From assembly GCA_009914755.4 (NCBI GenBank), contig CP068257.2:2944001-3008000 (forward strand): a stretch of DNA of 64,000 bases, in the 5' to 3' direction. A model generated the notes under the pieces. That model was not told the DNA's origin. It searched no databases and saw only the letters and a program-made list of their open reading frames with translations. This DNA is from the human T2T-CHM13v2.0 reference genome, Homo sapiens. Position 1 is the first letter of the stretch. Each line of letters starts with the position of its first letter. Below are positions 28,672 to 40,800 of this stretch, piece by piece. The position numbers were made by a program, and so were the translations under genes.

Positions 28672-31600
28672 GACTTTTACTTCTAGAGAACATGTGCATT
28701 TTGATTTTATCTGTCCTCAAACTGAACTTTTGCTCATTTTAATAGTAAAAACACATTCCTAGGTGGAGACTTAAGATGCTAATGAGACATGCAATGTATG
28801 CACAAATATGTACAGTTAGTGCACATGTGCACCCAGAAGACCACTCAAAACATGCTTACACTAACACTTCTTTCCACCTTCTTATGAATAATCGTGCAAA
28901 ACCCCCAGAAGGAGGGTTTCTCCAGTAACAATTAATGGTGTCTCACTCTTATGAGCAGCCTGCCCTGGAATCTCTTTCTCAGAATGTACCGTCTATTCTG
29001 CACTTAATTTTCAAAGTAGTCTTTTCTTTTTTTGTGTGCAATAAATTACTCTATGCTGTACTTCTTTTGCTGTGTGTTTCTTGTTTGAATTCTTTTAAAC
29101 TAAGAAAATAAGAATCAAGGTATTACATCAGCCATCAACATTTCTTTTGCCATGGCCTGGAGAGAGGTCTGTCCGCTTCACTGATTTCACTTTCCCTTTA
29201 CTTGCCGTGAATACTGTGGCACTTCCAGACTACCTGGTTAACTATCGCTGGTTCTTCCAGCACTGTTTCACTAAAGATCTGGGGAAACCCTGTCCCTTTA
29301 GGCTTTATGCATTTCCCAGCTCCTTGAAATTGTTCTTCAACAGGCTTTCTTTGCTGAACAAAAGATGCACAGTCATGGATATGCCCAGTCATAGGGATTG
29401 AATCTGAGCATTGCAGGTGTTATAATTGGGCATCATAAATGGCAAACCACTGAATTAGGGAAAGGCTTGTCAGCCAGACATCTGCTCCCCAGCGAGCAGT
29501 GGGGGTCATCTCGGCAGGGCTGGAGATGTCCAGCGCTGGTGAGAGCTAGGACGGTGCATGGCAAATGCCTATGACCTCCTAGAGCTTCAGTTAATGGGGT
29601 TTCAAGGGGATGAGTTGGACAACTTGGTGGTTCCACTTGGCTCATGGGGCTGCCCACAGCCTCCTGGACTTTAGTACATGTTCTGTCGTTTGCAGGATTC
29701 TCTCGGCACCATGGGAATCACTTCCTCTACTGTCACTGAAACACACCTGGGATGTATATTTAAAAATTGAAACAGCTTTTGGCTAAATGAAGCAAAAAAA
29801 CAATTATCTTCTTTTGTAAAACTATTTAGCCTGCATACAGATTAGCTGACAAAACATGGCTGGAGAATGAGACTGTGAAATTTAACACCATCATACAGCT
29901 AGATCTTTTCTGTAGTAATCAGGGAAAATGGTCTGAAGTATCCTATGTGCAAGACTTTCTGGCCCGACAACAAAACCCAGCTCCATGCAGCACCTGTGGG
30001 CTAAAGCCTAGTAAGCCACAAAGCCCCTCAGATCCATTAGAAGATCATTTGTTTTATGGGCAAGTGACCCCAGACCCCACAGCCTAATACCAGCTCCAGA
30101 TAGGGGCCCTCAGAGGCCTACACCTGCTTTAGAATCCCCAGCGTCCCCACACTATCAGAGTCTTCTGTAGAATCTAAGCTTGTTTCATCTCCTCCTTATG
30201 CTCCTCTATCAGCCTTTGCCAGTTACAATAGAGACCAGTCCAGCTGCAGTTACTCACAGTGGAGCTTCACACCATGCAGGGCCAGAGAATTTGATCCGCT
30301 TACAGAAAGTCTCAAATGGAGAGAGGACCATCAGAGTGCTTCTTCTCTTCCCAGTAAATGATCTAATCCAATGTAAGCAACAGCTCTGATGGCTCTCAGA
30401 CAACTTCAGTGCGTTTACTGAAGCCTTCCAGGCTGTAACTTTGACCACCATTCAACTTCACCATCCATAAATGGACCCAATGACTGCTGCCAACTCAGCT
30501 GCACAAAACTTTTTCTTATTTGCGAAAAATAGAAAAGACTTAAAACTTTTGCTGCTTTCACCATTTTAAAGCAGAATACTTTTGCAGCACAAATGTCACC
30601 ATAAGGTGGAGCCTTGGGAATCCAGTATAAACTATCTCAGAAAATCTCAGTGTGTCCCCAACAGGCAGCAGAGGGCCTCAATAGACTTCAACAACATCTG
30701 GACTCCATGGCCACTGCATTCCAACAAAATCAAAGAGCCTGGGATCTTCTCCCAGCCAAGCAAAGAGGAACATGTTTATATCTAAAAGAAGAATGCTGTT
30801 TTTTGAGATCAATCATTCTGGTTTATTCCAAGAAAATATTAATAATATCATCACCCAGGCAGACAAAATTGAATCTCTAGGAACTTCCATGGGAACATGA
30901 AAGCGATGTCCATTGCCTGCCTTGCTCTCTTTAATAGTACCCGTCATTATTATATTTTCAACTTCTACTTTTGTTCCAATTTTGTTTAAAATGTTAACTG
31001 ATTTCCTGCTATGTTGCTTGTGGCAGCTCCATGTTTGCATGATGGTTTGCAAGGCTTTCAATCTTTGGCTGCCAACATCTTCCCACTGGTTCCACGAACG
31101 ACATGGTTTACACCCTGTTAGATCACACAGGAAGAAAGTTTAAGGCCCAGGCTAGGCAGAAGTAACACCCACTCAGCAGGAAACAGCTCCAGAAAAAGTG
31201 GTCTAACCCCTCAACCTCCAATATGGTTATTGCCCTAAAATCTCTTAGGGGGAAATTGAGGCAGAATAGATAGTACAGAAAATGACCATGATCTCGGGAT
31301 AGAGAAACCATGGTGACTGTACAGCCAAAACAATAAGCCTTAGCATTCGCATTGTAATTTGGCTTATTCGAGCAAAGCTATCCTCATTAAGGACTTTCTG
31401 TTCTAGAGAGCATGTGTATTTTGATTTTACCTGCCCTCAAACTTAAATTTTGCTTATTTTAATAGCAAACAATGCACCCCCTAGCCAGGGACGGTGGCTT
31501 ATACCTCTACTCTCAGCACTTTGGGAGGCTGAGGAAGATGGATCACTTCAAACTAGAAGCTCGAGACTAAACTGGCCAACATAGAGAAACCCCGTCTAAA

Positions 31601-32161
31601 TTAAAAATACAAAAATTAGCAGGGTATGATGGTGCATGCCTGTAATCCCAGATACTCAGGAGGCAGAGGCACGAGCATGGGTTGAACTCAGGAGGCAGAG
31701 GTTGCAGTGAGCAGAGATCACACCACTGCACCGCAGCTTGGGCAACACGGCGAGACTCTGTCTCAAACAAACAAACAAACACACAGAAATACACTCCTGG
31801 GTGGAAATATAAGATGCTAACGAGACATGCAACATATGAACAAGCATGTACAGCTACTGCGCATATGCACCCAGAATACCACAGAGAACATGTTTACTAG
31901 CAACTCCTCTTCCCTCCTCCTTATTAATAATAATGTAAAACTGCCATAAAGGGGTTTCTCCAGCGACAGTCCACGCTGTCTCACTCTTATGAGCAGTCCG
32001 CCCTGGAGTATCTCTCTCAGAGTGTACTGTATTCTGCACTTAACTTTCAAATATTTTCTTTTCCAATAAATTATGCTGTACTTTTTTTCTTTGTGTCTCT
32101 TGTTTAAATTCTTAAAATCTAGGAAGACAAGAACAGAGGTATCACATCAGTTGTCAACACA
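28672..32161 (+). mobile_element. Internally deleted ERV provirus, class I / gamma-like. 5' LTR lies at about 28672-29141 and 3' LTR at about 31393-32161 (interrupted by an Alu). The internal part holds gag-like and env TM remnants.
   Basis: Two directly repeated LTR-like blocks are about 85% similar ('ttctagagaacatgtgcattttgattttatctgtcctcaaactgaac...ctcactcttatgagcagcctgccctggaatctct...caataaattactctatgctgtact...tcaaggtattacatcag'). Between them, ORF 30614..30880 translates to '...AFQQNQRAWDLLPAKQRGTCLYLKEECCFLRS', matching the retroviral TM immunosuppressive domain (consensus LQNRRGLDLL...GGLC.AL.EECCFY). A hydrophobic membrane-anchor-like segment (30913..31143) follows. Confidence 0.75.
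31483..31792 (+). mobile_element. Alu SINE inserted into the 3' LTR of the ERV
   Basis: Runs from 'gccagggacggtggcttatacctctactctcagcactttgggaggctgagg' to 'cactgcaccgcagcttgggcaacacggcgagactctgtctcaaacaaacaaac'. The 5' LTR copy has no such insertion at the homologous position. Confidence 0.85.
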
Positions 32162-35100
32162 GCAATAAGTCAGCCTCCTTCTTGTAAGCATAGCCCATGT
32201 AGAAAAGGAGAGTCGCATCACCTCGGTGCTGGATCCAGAGGTATGTCACAATTTATCCCATGCACAAAGTTAAGGTCATTGAGGAGAGTCATATTAAATA
32301 ATTTCTGGGCCCAGGGATTTGTCACAACAGCTCCTGTGAGAAGAGATGAGGCAGCATAATCACATAACCGGTGTGCTGGACACAGCGATAAGCCACCTTT
32401 CATCTGTGGGCATGACCCAGGCAAGAAAGAAGAGTCACGGCATTTAGGTGCTTGCTGCAGAGGTACGTAACAATCTCTCTTATGGGCAAAGCTCAGGTAA
32501 GAGAGAAGAGTCAAATCTCCAAGGTGATTCATGTAGAAATTTGTCACAAGAGACTTTTTAGGCAGGGCCCATGTTGGATCTTCTTATCTTCCAGAAGTTA
32601 GGTACAGGGATATGTCAGAATACCCAAAATACACAGGGCTCAGTCAATAAAGAAGAGCCACATCACCCAGGTGCTGGGTCTAGACATATGTCACATCTCT
32701 TTTATGGGGAAAGCTCAGGTAAAAAAGGAAGGTCATATCAAATAGTTGATAGACCCAGAGATATGTCACATTGTCTCCTGCTTGAAGTGTCTAGGCCAAA
32801 GACTCACATCACATTGGTGCTAGGCCTGTGTTCATATATAAACATTCAACCAGAGTTGAAATGGTGGCTCGTTTCTAAACCCAGCTTATAGGCAAGGGAT
32901 GAGTCTCCTATCCTGACATAGTTAATTGTAATGATGTTGACTCTCATCCCTGGGCTTAATGTTACAAGTATGATCATGGGTCCCTACCTTTAGGAAGGTC
33001 TCAAAGTTGATTACAACTCTCATTCATACAGTATAGGGCCATTGGGTAGTACACAGAGCGTGCTAACTGGGCCGAGCACACAGGTGAGATTGTGAGACTC
33101 ATATGCATACCCAGCCAACAGTAACTATTGTCATCCTCTCACGGGAACACAAGTCAGTCTGCAGAGGAATTGAGGCTCTCATGCACAAATCCAGTCTGGT
33201 GTTGAGATGGTTATTCGTGGGCTTAGACCCAACATACAGGAGGTGTTGAATGTCATGCCTACCACTGAGACAGCTGTGCGATTGTTAATCTAATTCCTGG
33301 ACCATTCTGCAGCTTCCATTGTCAAATTTCCCAGTGCCTAGCACCTAAGTGACTTGACGGGCTTGCATGGACCCAGCCCACAGATGGGATATTAACATAT
33401 TGCTGGATCCAGCACATTGAGGATGTAACTCTATTCTCCTTCGTTGGCACTGCCCACAGTGAGCAGTTTGACATATCGCTAGACCTTACACCCAGGTGAT
33501 GTGAGTCTCCTCTTCTGCCTTGGCGCTGCCCTCAGGAAGCGTTGTTATATATAGCTTGGCCTCGCATCCAGGTTATGTGACTCTCCGGCTTGTGCACTGC
33601 CCATATGGGACACTGTGTTAATATTGCTGGGTCCACTACTCAGGTGATGTAACCCAACTGCCTGGGCCCTGCCTTACAGGGGCATTGTGACATATCTCTG
33701 TGCTCATCAGCCAGGTGATGTGATTCTCTTCTCCTGCCTGGTCCCTTTACACAGAAGGGATTGTGACACGTTGCTGGGCTTAGCACCAAGTTGATGTTGA
33801 TGTGAATCTTCTGCCTGGATCGAGTTCACAGAAGGCATCGTGACATACCTCTGGGTACATCACCTATTTGATGAGACTCTCCTCTCTTACCTGAGCATTG
33901 CCCATAAGAGAGATTGTGACATATCCCTGGGTCTAGCACTGGGATGATGTGAATTCTCTCTGCCTGGGTCATGCCCACAGAAGGAAGTGTGACTTATAAC
34001 TGGGAACAGCACAGGGGTGATGTGATTCTTCTGCCTGGTCCCTACGTACAGGAGTCATTGTCAAATGCCTCTGGGCCCATCATCTAGACTATGTGACTCT
34101 CTACTTCTTCCTAGGGCCTGCTCACATAAGGATTGTGACATATTACATGCCCTACATCATGTGACTTTTCTCTCATGTCTGGGCTCCGTCTTGGAGATGA
34201 ATGTGACACATACCTAGGCCTGTTACCTAGGTTCTGTAACTTCTCGTTTTTCAAAATCCTACCCACCAGGGGCATTGAAACATCTCTGTGGGCACTTCAC
34301 TTAGGTAATGTTACCCTGTTGCCTGGAGCCTCCCCTCTGGGGGGTATGGTGACATATTGCTGGACACAGTACCTATGTGATATTCTCTCCTTTCTTGCCT
34401 GGGCCTTGTATACATTATGTATTCTAATATACGGCTGGGTTTAATGACTAGGTGATGCAACTCTTATGCATAGGCCCTACCCACAGGGACATTATGACAT
34501 TTCTTTAGCTCTGACTCTCCTCTTTTGCCTTAGCCCTGCCAAAAAGGGAGGTGGTGACATATAACTGGACCTAGCAACCAGCTAATATGAGTCTCCTCTT
34601 TTGCCTGCACCCAGCATATTTTGGGTATTGTGATGTATCCTTTGTCTCAACACCTGCAGGATGAAAGTCTCCTGCCTGAGCCCAGCCATCTGTCAAAATT
34701 GTTTCTCCCACATGAACATGGACCATAATTGAGGTTCTGAAACTCACACCCAGAGGCAGTCAAAAGTTGGAAAATTGGCTCTTAAAAGTGGATATTGTCT
34801 GCCAGTGGGTTTGTGACTCCCTGACCAAGATCCAAAACACTTGTGAGGCTGTGAGTCCACTAAGATAACTCCATTTTCAAAAGGGATTAAGGCCCTCATG
34901 GAAAAAACCCATTCCTCCATTGAGATTGTGACTTATGCACATAGATACAACGTACAGGAGGCGTTCACTCTCATACCCAGAACCGGAACTTATGTGGGAT
35001 TGTTAATCTCATCCATGGACCTTCCTGCAGGTGTGATTCTGACATACACCTCTAGCCAGCACCTGAGTGATTTGACATTTTTGCCTGGGTGTAGCCCACA

Positions 35101-36910
35101 GATGAGATTGTGATATATCTCTGAATCCAGCATCTAATTAATATGCTTCTATTCTCCTGTCTTGGCACTGCCCATAAAGGGTATCCTGACCTAACACTGG
35201 TCCTGGCACTTTGTTATGTGACTCTGTCCTGTGCTTTGCCCACATGAGCCATTGTGACATATTGCTGGGTCCAACACCCAGGTGATGTAACTCTTGTCTA
35301 GACTTTGCCTACAGGGGGCATAGTGACATATCTCTACACTGACCACCCAGGTGATGGGACTCACTTCTCCTGACTGCTACCTGTTTATAGCAGGGATTGT
35401 TACAAATCGTTGCGGGCAGACTCTAGGTAATGTGACTGTCTTTTTACAGAGCGCTACCCACAGGAGCCATTGCAAAATATCTGTGGGCCTCTCACTCTTT
35501 GCCTGGGCTCATTTCTCAGGGGTATTGTGACATATGGATGACCTCAGCACCGAGGTGAACTGAGTTTCTTCTACTGTAGGGCTCTGACCAAAGAGAGATT
35601 ACAATGTATCACCGGGCCCAGCACCTGAGCTATTTGACTATCCGCTCTTGGCTGCACCCTACATTTATTGTGTATTGTGACATATCACTGGGTCCAACAC
35701 GTAGGTAATGTGACTCACCTGCATGGGCCATTTCCCCATGGGTACTATGAAGTATCTTTTTGTTCATCACTTAGGTGATGCAACTCTCCTCTTTGCCTTG
35801 GGCCCCACATAATTTAGCTATTGTGATGTATCACTGGGCCAATCACCTAGTCAATAGGAAGCTTCTGCCAAGACCCTGACTACTGAGGGCCTTGTGACAT
35901 AGCTCTGCATTTATCACCTAGAAAATATGATCCCCCCCCATTTCTGCCTGAACCCTGCTCACAAGAAAAATTGTAGCATACTTCTGGGCCCAGCAAACAG
36001 GTGATGTGTTTCACCTGCCTGTGCTTAGTTCACAGGGAAAATTGTGACATATCACTGGGCCCAGAACCCAGGTGAGGTGACTCTGCTGCATGTGTCGTGC
36101 TTTCAGGAGAGAACAAGAACATATCCCTGGCAGAACTCTTAGGGATGTGACTCTCTTGCCTTGTCCCTGTCCTCAGGGAAGACTGCAACATGTCCCTGAC
36201 ACAGACCCAGGTGATGAGACTCTCCTGTTTCTGACTACCCAAATGTGAGATTGTCACATATATTTTGGCCTAGCATGTAGGTGTGATGATGACATTCATA
36301 CCTTAAACCAACCAATAGCAGAGATACTTTCTCTCACAGCCAGGCTTAACAAAACTTGCAAAATTATGGGTCTTCTCTTACTATGAAGGTCAGAGAAAGT
36401 AAGCACTCTTGCATATCCTATAAAGCACTCAGATGGTACAGTGTCATCACAGGGCCCAGAACACAGGTGAGATTGTGTTCTCTGTGTGCACACCCACCAA
36501 TCATCAGAATTGTCATTCCTACACAGGAACAGAGGTGATTAGGGAGGTCTAAACCTCATACCTGAATGCCGTCCACAGCTGGAATTGTAACTATCACATG
36601 TGAACATCCAGTCACAGTTGGGATAGTGACTTATTTCTGAACCCAGTTTACAGCCAAGTAAAGATCCTCTTATCTGGATCCAGCCAGCTGGAGAGATGTT
36701 GACTCTCATACCTGGACTTATGGCCACAGGTATGATCATAGGTTCATATCAGCATGAAGACGTCAGAGTGGATTATGTTTAATGCATACTCTACAAGGTC
36801 CACAGGAGGTACATAGTGTCCTAACAGGGCCCAGCAAACAGGTGAGATTCTAACACTCATGCACACTCTGGTGACAATAAAAGTTACCATCCTCAAAAAT
36901 GGGTACAACC

Positions 36911-37541
36911 GGCATGGCTCAGTGGCTCACGCCTGTAATCGCAGCACTTTGGGAAGCCGAGGCGGACAGATCATGAGATCAGGAGATCAAGACCATCCTG
37001 GCCAACATGGTGAAACCACGTCTCTCTACTATTTATGATTATGATTATGATTATGATTATGATTATTATTTTGAGACAGAGTCTTGCTCTGTCACCCAGA
37101 CTGGAGTGCAGTGGCACCATCTAGGCTTACTGCAACATCCGCCTCCCTGGTTCAAACAATTCTCTTGTTTCAGCTTCCCGAGTAGCAGGGACTACAGGCT
37201 CATGCCACCATTCCCAGCTAATTTTTGTATTTTTAGTGGAGAAGGGGTTTCACCATATTAATTAGGCTGGTCTCAAACTCCTGACCTCAGGTGATCCACC
37301 CACCTCGACCTCCCAAAGTGCTGGGATTACAGGCATGGGACACTGTGCCTGGCCACCCCATCTCTACTAAAAATACAAAAATTAGCTGAGCGTCGTGGCA
37401 CGTACCTGCAATCCCAGCTACTCGGGAAGCTGAGGCAAGAGAGTTGCTTGAACCCAGGAGGCAGAGGTTGCAGAGAGCCGAGATCGCCCCACTGCACTCC
37501 AGCCTGGCGATAGAGTGAGACTCCGTCTCAAGGGACCAAAA

Positions 37542-37545
<4 letters not shown>
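36911..37545 (+). mobile_element. Nested Alu pair inside the satellite. A plus-strand Alu (36911-37025 and 37357-37545) is split by a minus-strand Alu (about 37063-37355) preceded by an (ATGATT)n hexamer repeat at 37032-37062.
   Basis: The outer Alu starts 'ggcatggctcagtggctcacgcctgtaatcgcagcactttgggaagccgaggcggacagatcatgagatcaggagatcaagaccatcctggccaacatggtgaaaccacgtctc' and resumes 'tctactaaaaatacaaaaattagctgagcgtcgtggcacgtacctgcaatcccagctactcgggaagctgagg...ccactgcactccagcctggcgatagagtgagactccgtctcaa'. The inner Alu is 'ttttgagacagagtcttgctctgtcacccagactggagtgcagtgg...cctcccaaagtgctgggattacaggcatgggacactgtgcctggcc'. Confidence 0.85.
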
Positions 37546-37614
<69 letters not shown>

Positions 37615-37808
37615 AAGAAAGAAAGGAAGGAAGGAAGGAAGGAAGGAAGGAAGGAAAAGAAAGAAAGAAAGAGAAAGAAAGAAAGGAAAAGAAAGAATTA
37701 AAGAAGAAAGAAAGAGAAAGAAAGAAGAAAGAAAGAAGAAAGAAGGAAGGAAGAAAGAAAGAAAGAAAAAGAAAGAAAGAAAGAAAGAAAGAAGAAAGAA
37801 AGAAAGAA

Positions 37809-37872
<64 letters not shown>

Positions 37873-37878
37873 GAAAAT
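37540..37878. repeat. Long (GAAA)n / (GGAA)n purine-tract microsatellite of about 340 bp, expanded from the Alu A-tail
   Basis: 'aagaaagaaagaaagaaag...gaaggaaggaaggaagg...' is visible directly. ORFs 37515..37919 (+, K/E/R-rich) and 37418..37888 (-, F/L/S-rich) are artefacts of this repeat. Confidence 0.95.
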
Positions 37879-40800
37879 TGACTCTCATATATGGATCTTG
37901 TCCACAGGTAGGTGGGTGACTCTCAAACCAAAATTCATTACATCTGTGAGACTGTAACTCTCCTAAGGGGAGAAGTTCTTCTCAGCCAGAGAAGACTCAT
38001 TTATGAATCCAGTTCACTGTTGAGATTGGGACTGGTGTACCTAGGCCAAACATACGAATTCTCATACCTGCAATCCGGACATGTGTGGAGTTGTTCATCT
38101 CATCCCTGTCGCTTTCTGCAGGTGGGATTGTGACATACATCTCTGCCCAGCTCCTGAGTGTTTTAGCTCTGTTTCCTGTGTCCAGCTCACAGATGGGATT
38201 CTGATATATCACTGAAGCCAGCACCTAGATGATGTGACTCTTATCTCCTGCCTTGGTGCTGCCCACAGGGGACATTGGGACATATCACTTGGCCTTGCAC
38301 CTAGGTAATGTATGTTTTCTGTCTTGCATTAGTGCTACTCACAGGGGTGTTGTGATGTATTGCTGGGTCCCACATCCATGTTATGTGACTCTTCTGCCTG
38401 TGCCCAGTCCACAATGGCCATTTTGACATATTGTTGCATCCAAAACCTAGATGATTTACCTCTCCTTCCTGAGCTTTGCCTAAGGGGACATTGTGAAATA
38501 TCTATGAGCCCATCACCCATGTGGTGTGATTTTCTTCTCCTGCCTAGTCCCTGCTTAAAGAAAGGATTGTGACATATCACTATGCCCAGCACCTAGCTCA
38601 TGTTACTCTTCTTTTGTTTTTTAGGATTTGTTTGGAAGGAGATTGTGATACATTGGTGGGTCCAACTTCTCGGTGACATTACTCTGTTGACTTTGCTCTG
38701 CAAGCAGAAAGCACTGTGACACATTATTGGGCCCAACACCAAGGTGAGTCTCCTGCCTGAAGCCTGCCTACAGCAATTTGTAACATATGGCATTGGGACA
38801 TATCTCTGAGCCCATCAACTATTTGACAAGATTCTCCTTTTTTAACAAAGGCTTTGCCCATAGGAGAGATTGTGACATAATTCTGAGCCCAGAAAATAGG
38901 GGATATTTCTTTTGTTTTCTGCTTGAGCCCCACATTGTGATGTATTTCTCCTCCCAACAACTGAGGGAAGGGAAAGTCCTGCCTGGGTCTTGCCTACAGG
39001 GAGCCTTGTGAAATCTTTCCGCGTTCATCACCTTAAATATGTGACCCTCATCTTCTGCCGTGGCCATGTTTACAGAAGGGAGAGTGGGTTATTCCTAGAC
39101 CCAGCACACAGGTCATGTGATTCTGCAACCTGGTGTCTCCAGAGGGGTCATTTTGACATATCTCTAGACTCATCAACTAGATAATGTAATGCTCCTCTTC
39201 CCCCTGAAACCTATCCATAGTGGAGATTGTGAAATACAGCCTGGCACAGCACCTACATGATGGTACTCTCTTCTCATGCTTGGGTGCTGCCCACAGGGGT
39301 GATTGAAACTTATAGCTGGGTACAGTCTTCAGGTGATGTAACTCTCCTCTATTTTTGGGCCCACACACACAGGGCACTACCATATAGCTCTGCTCCTCAG
39401 ACCTAGGTGATGTGACTCTGCTGTCTGTTACCTCCTCTTAGGGGGAATTGTGATATATTGCTGGGCCCAGAACCGAGGTGATGTGGCCTTTTCTCTTGCC
39501 TGGGCCCTGCATACATGGTGTACAGTAACATATATCTGGGTTGAACACATAGGTGATGTGACTCTTCTGCATAGGTCTCGCCAACAGGGGTATTATGACA
39601 TACTCTTCTATTCATTGCCTAGGCGATGTGACTCTCCACTCTTACCTGGGCCCTTCCAAAACAGGGGATTGTGACATATCAGTGACCCTACCACCAAGGT
39701 GATGTGACTGTTCTCTTTTGCCTGGGTTTGCATATTTTGGGTATTGTGACATATCCCTGGGCCCAACACTTAGGGAATAAAAGGTTTATTCCTCTACCTT
39801 ACGTGCAGTGAAGCTTGTGACATATTTCTGCATTCATCACCAAGAAGATGTGACTCTTCTGCCTGCATCCTGAACACAGAGAGGATTGTGAAATATTGCT
39901 AGATCCAGCATGCAGGTGATGTGTCTCTGCTGCCTGGTTCCTAATGTGAGGAGTGGATTCCAACATACCAATGCCTGAACATTCAGGTAATGTGACTGTT
40001 GCCTGGTCCCTGTCCTCAGGGAAGCGACATATCACTGGCCCAGCGTCCAACTGATTTTACTCTCCTGCTCTCTTCCTATATGCAGGTGTAATTGTGACAT
40101 ATATCTTGGAACACAACACACAGGTGCAATGATGACATTCATATGTCAAACCAGCCAATAGAAGAGATACTGCTTCTCCTAGCTACACTTAGGGAAATGA
40201 AAAAAAACTCTGGGTCTCCTCGCTAAGATCATCCACTCTCTCACATATTACAGAAAGCCCTCGGGTGGTAGAGAGTCTTATCACAGGGCCCAGCGCACAG
40301 GTGAAATTTGTTACTCCTATGGGCACCCTGAACCCTCCTGACCATTATGATTTTCACCCTCACATATAAACAGAACCCACTGGTGAGGTCCTGAATTTCA
40401 CACATGAATGCAGTTTATAGTTGGAATTGCGAATCTCATATGTAAAGATCTGCCCAGAGTTGGAATGGGAACTTCGTTATAAACCCAGGGCATAGAAAGG
40501 TGATGATTCTCTTATCTGGACCCCGCCAATTGTAAAGATGTTGACTCATATATAGGCTTAGGGCCACAGGTTTGATCATGGGTCCATACCAGCATGAAAA
40601 TCTCGGAAAGAATTGAGAGTGTCATGCATACAACATAAAGCCGTCAGGTGCAACACAGAAAGTCCTAATAGGGCTCAGCACACAGTAATATAATGACATT
40701 GGGATGCACACCCAGCCAACATTAAAGATTGTCATTCTTTCACATGATCATAGTTCACTTTTGAGGCTCTGAATCCCATACCCAAAGGCAGATTGACAAG

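Noticed and set aside
37515-37919. 134-aa ORF encoding a K/E/R-rich 'protein' ([22 protein letters not shown]...), and the opposite-strand F/L/S-rich 156-aa ORF
   Set aside because: Both are pure translations of the (GAAA)n/(GGAA)n microsatellite. They have no start context and no complexity.
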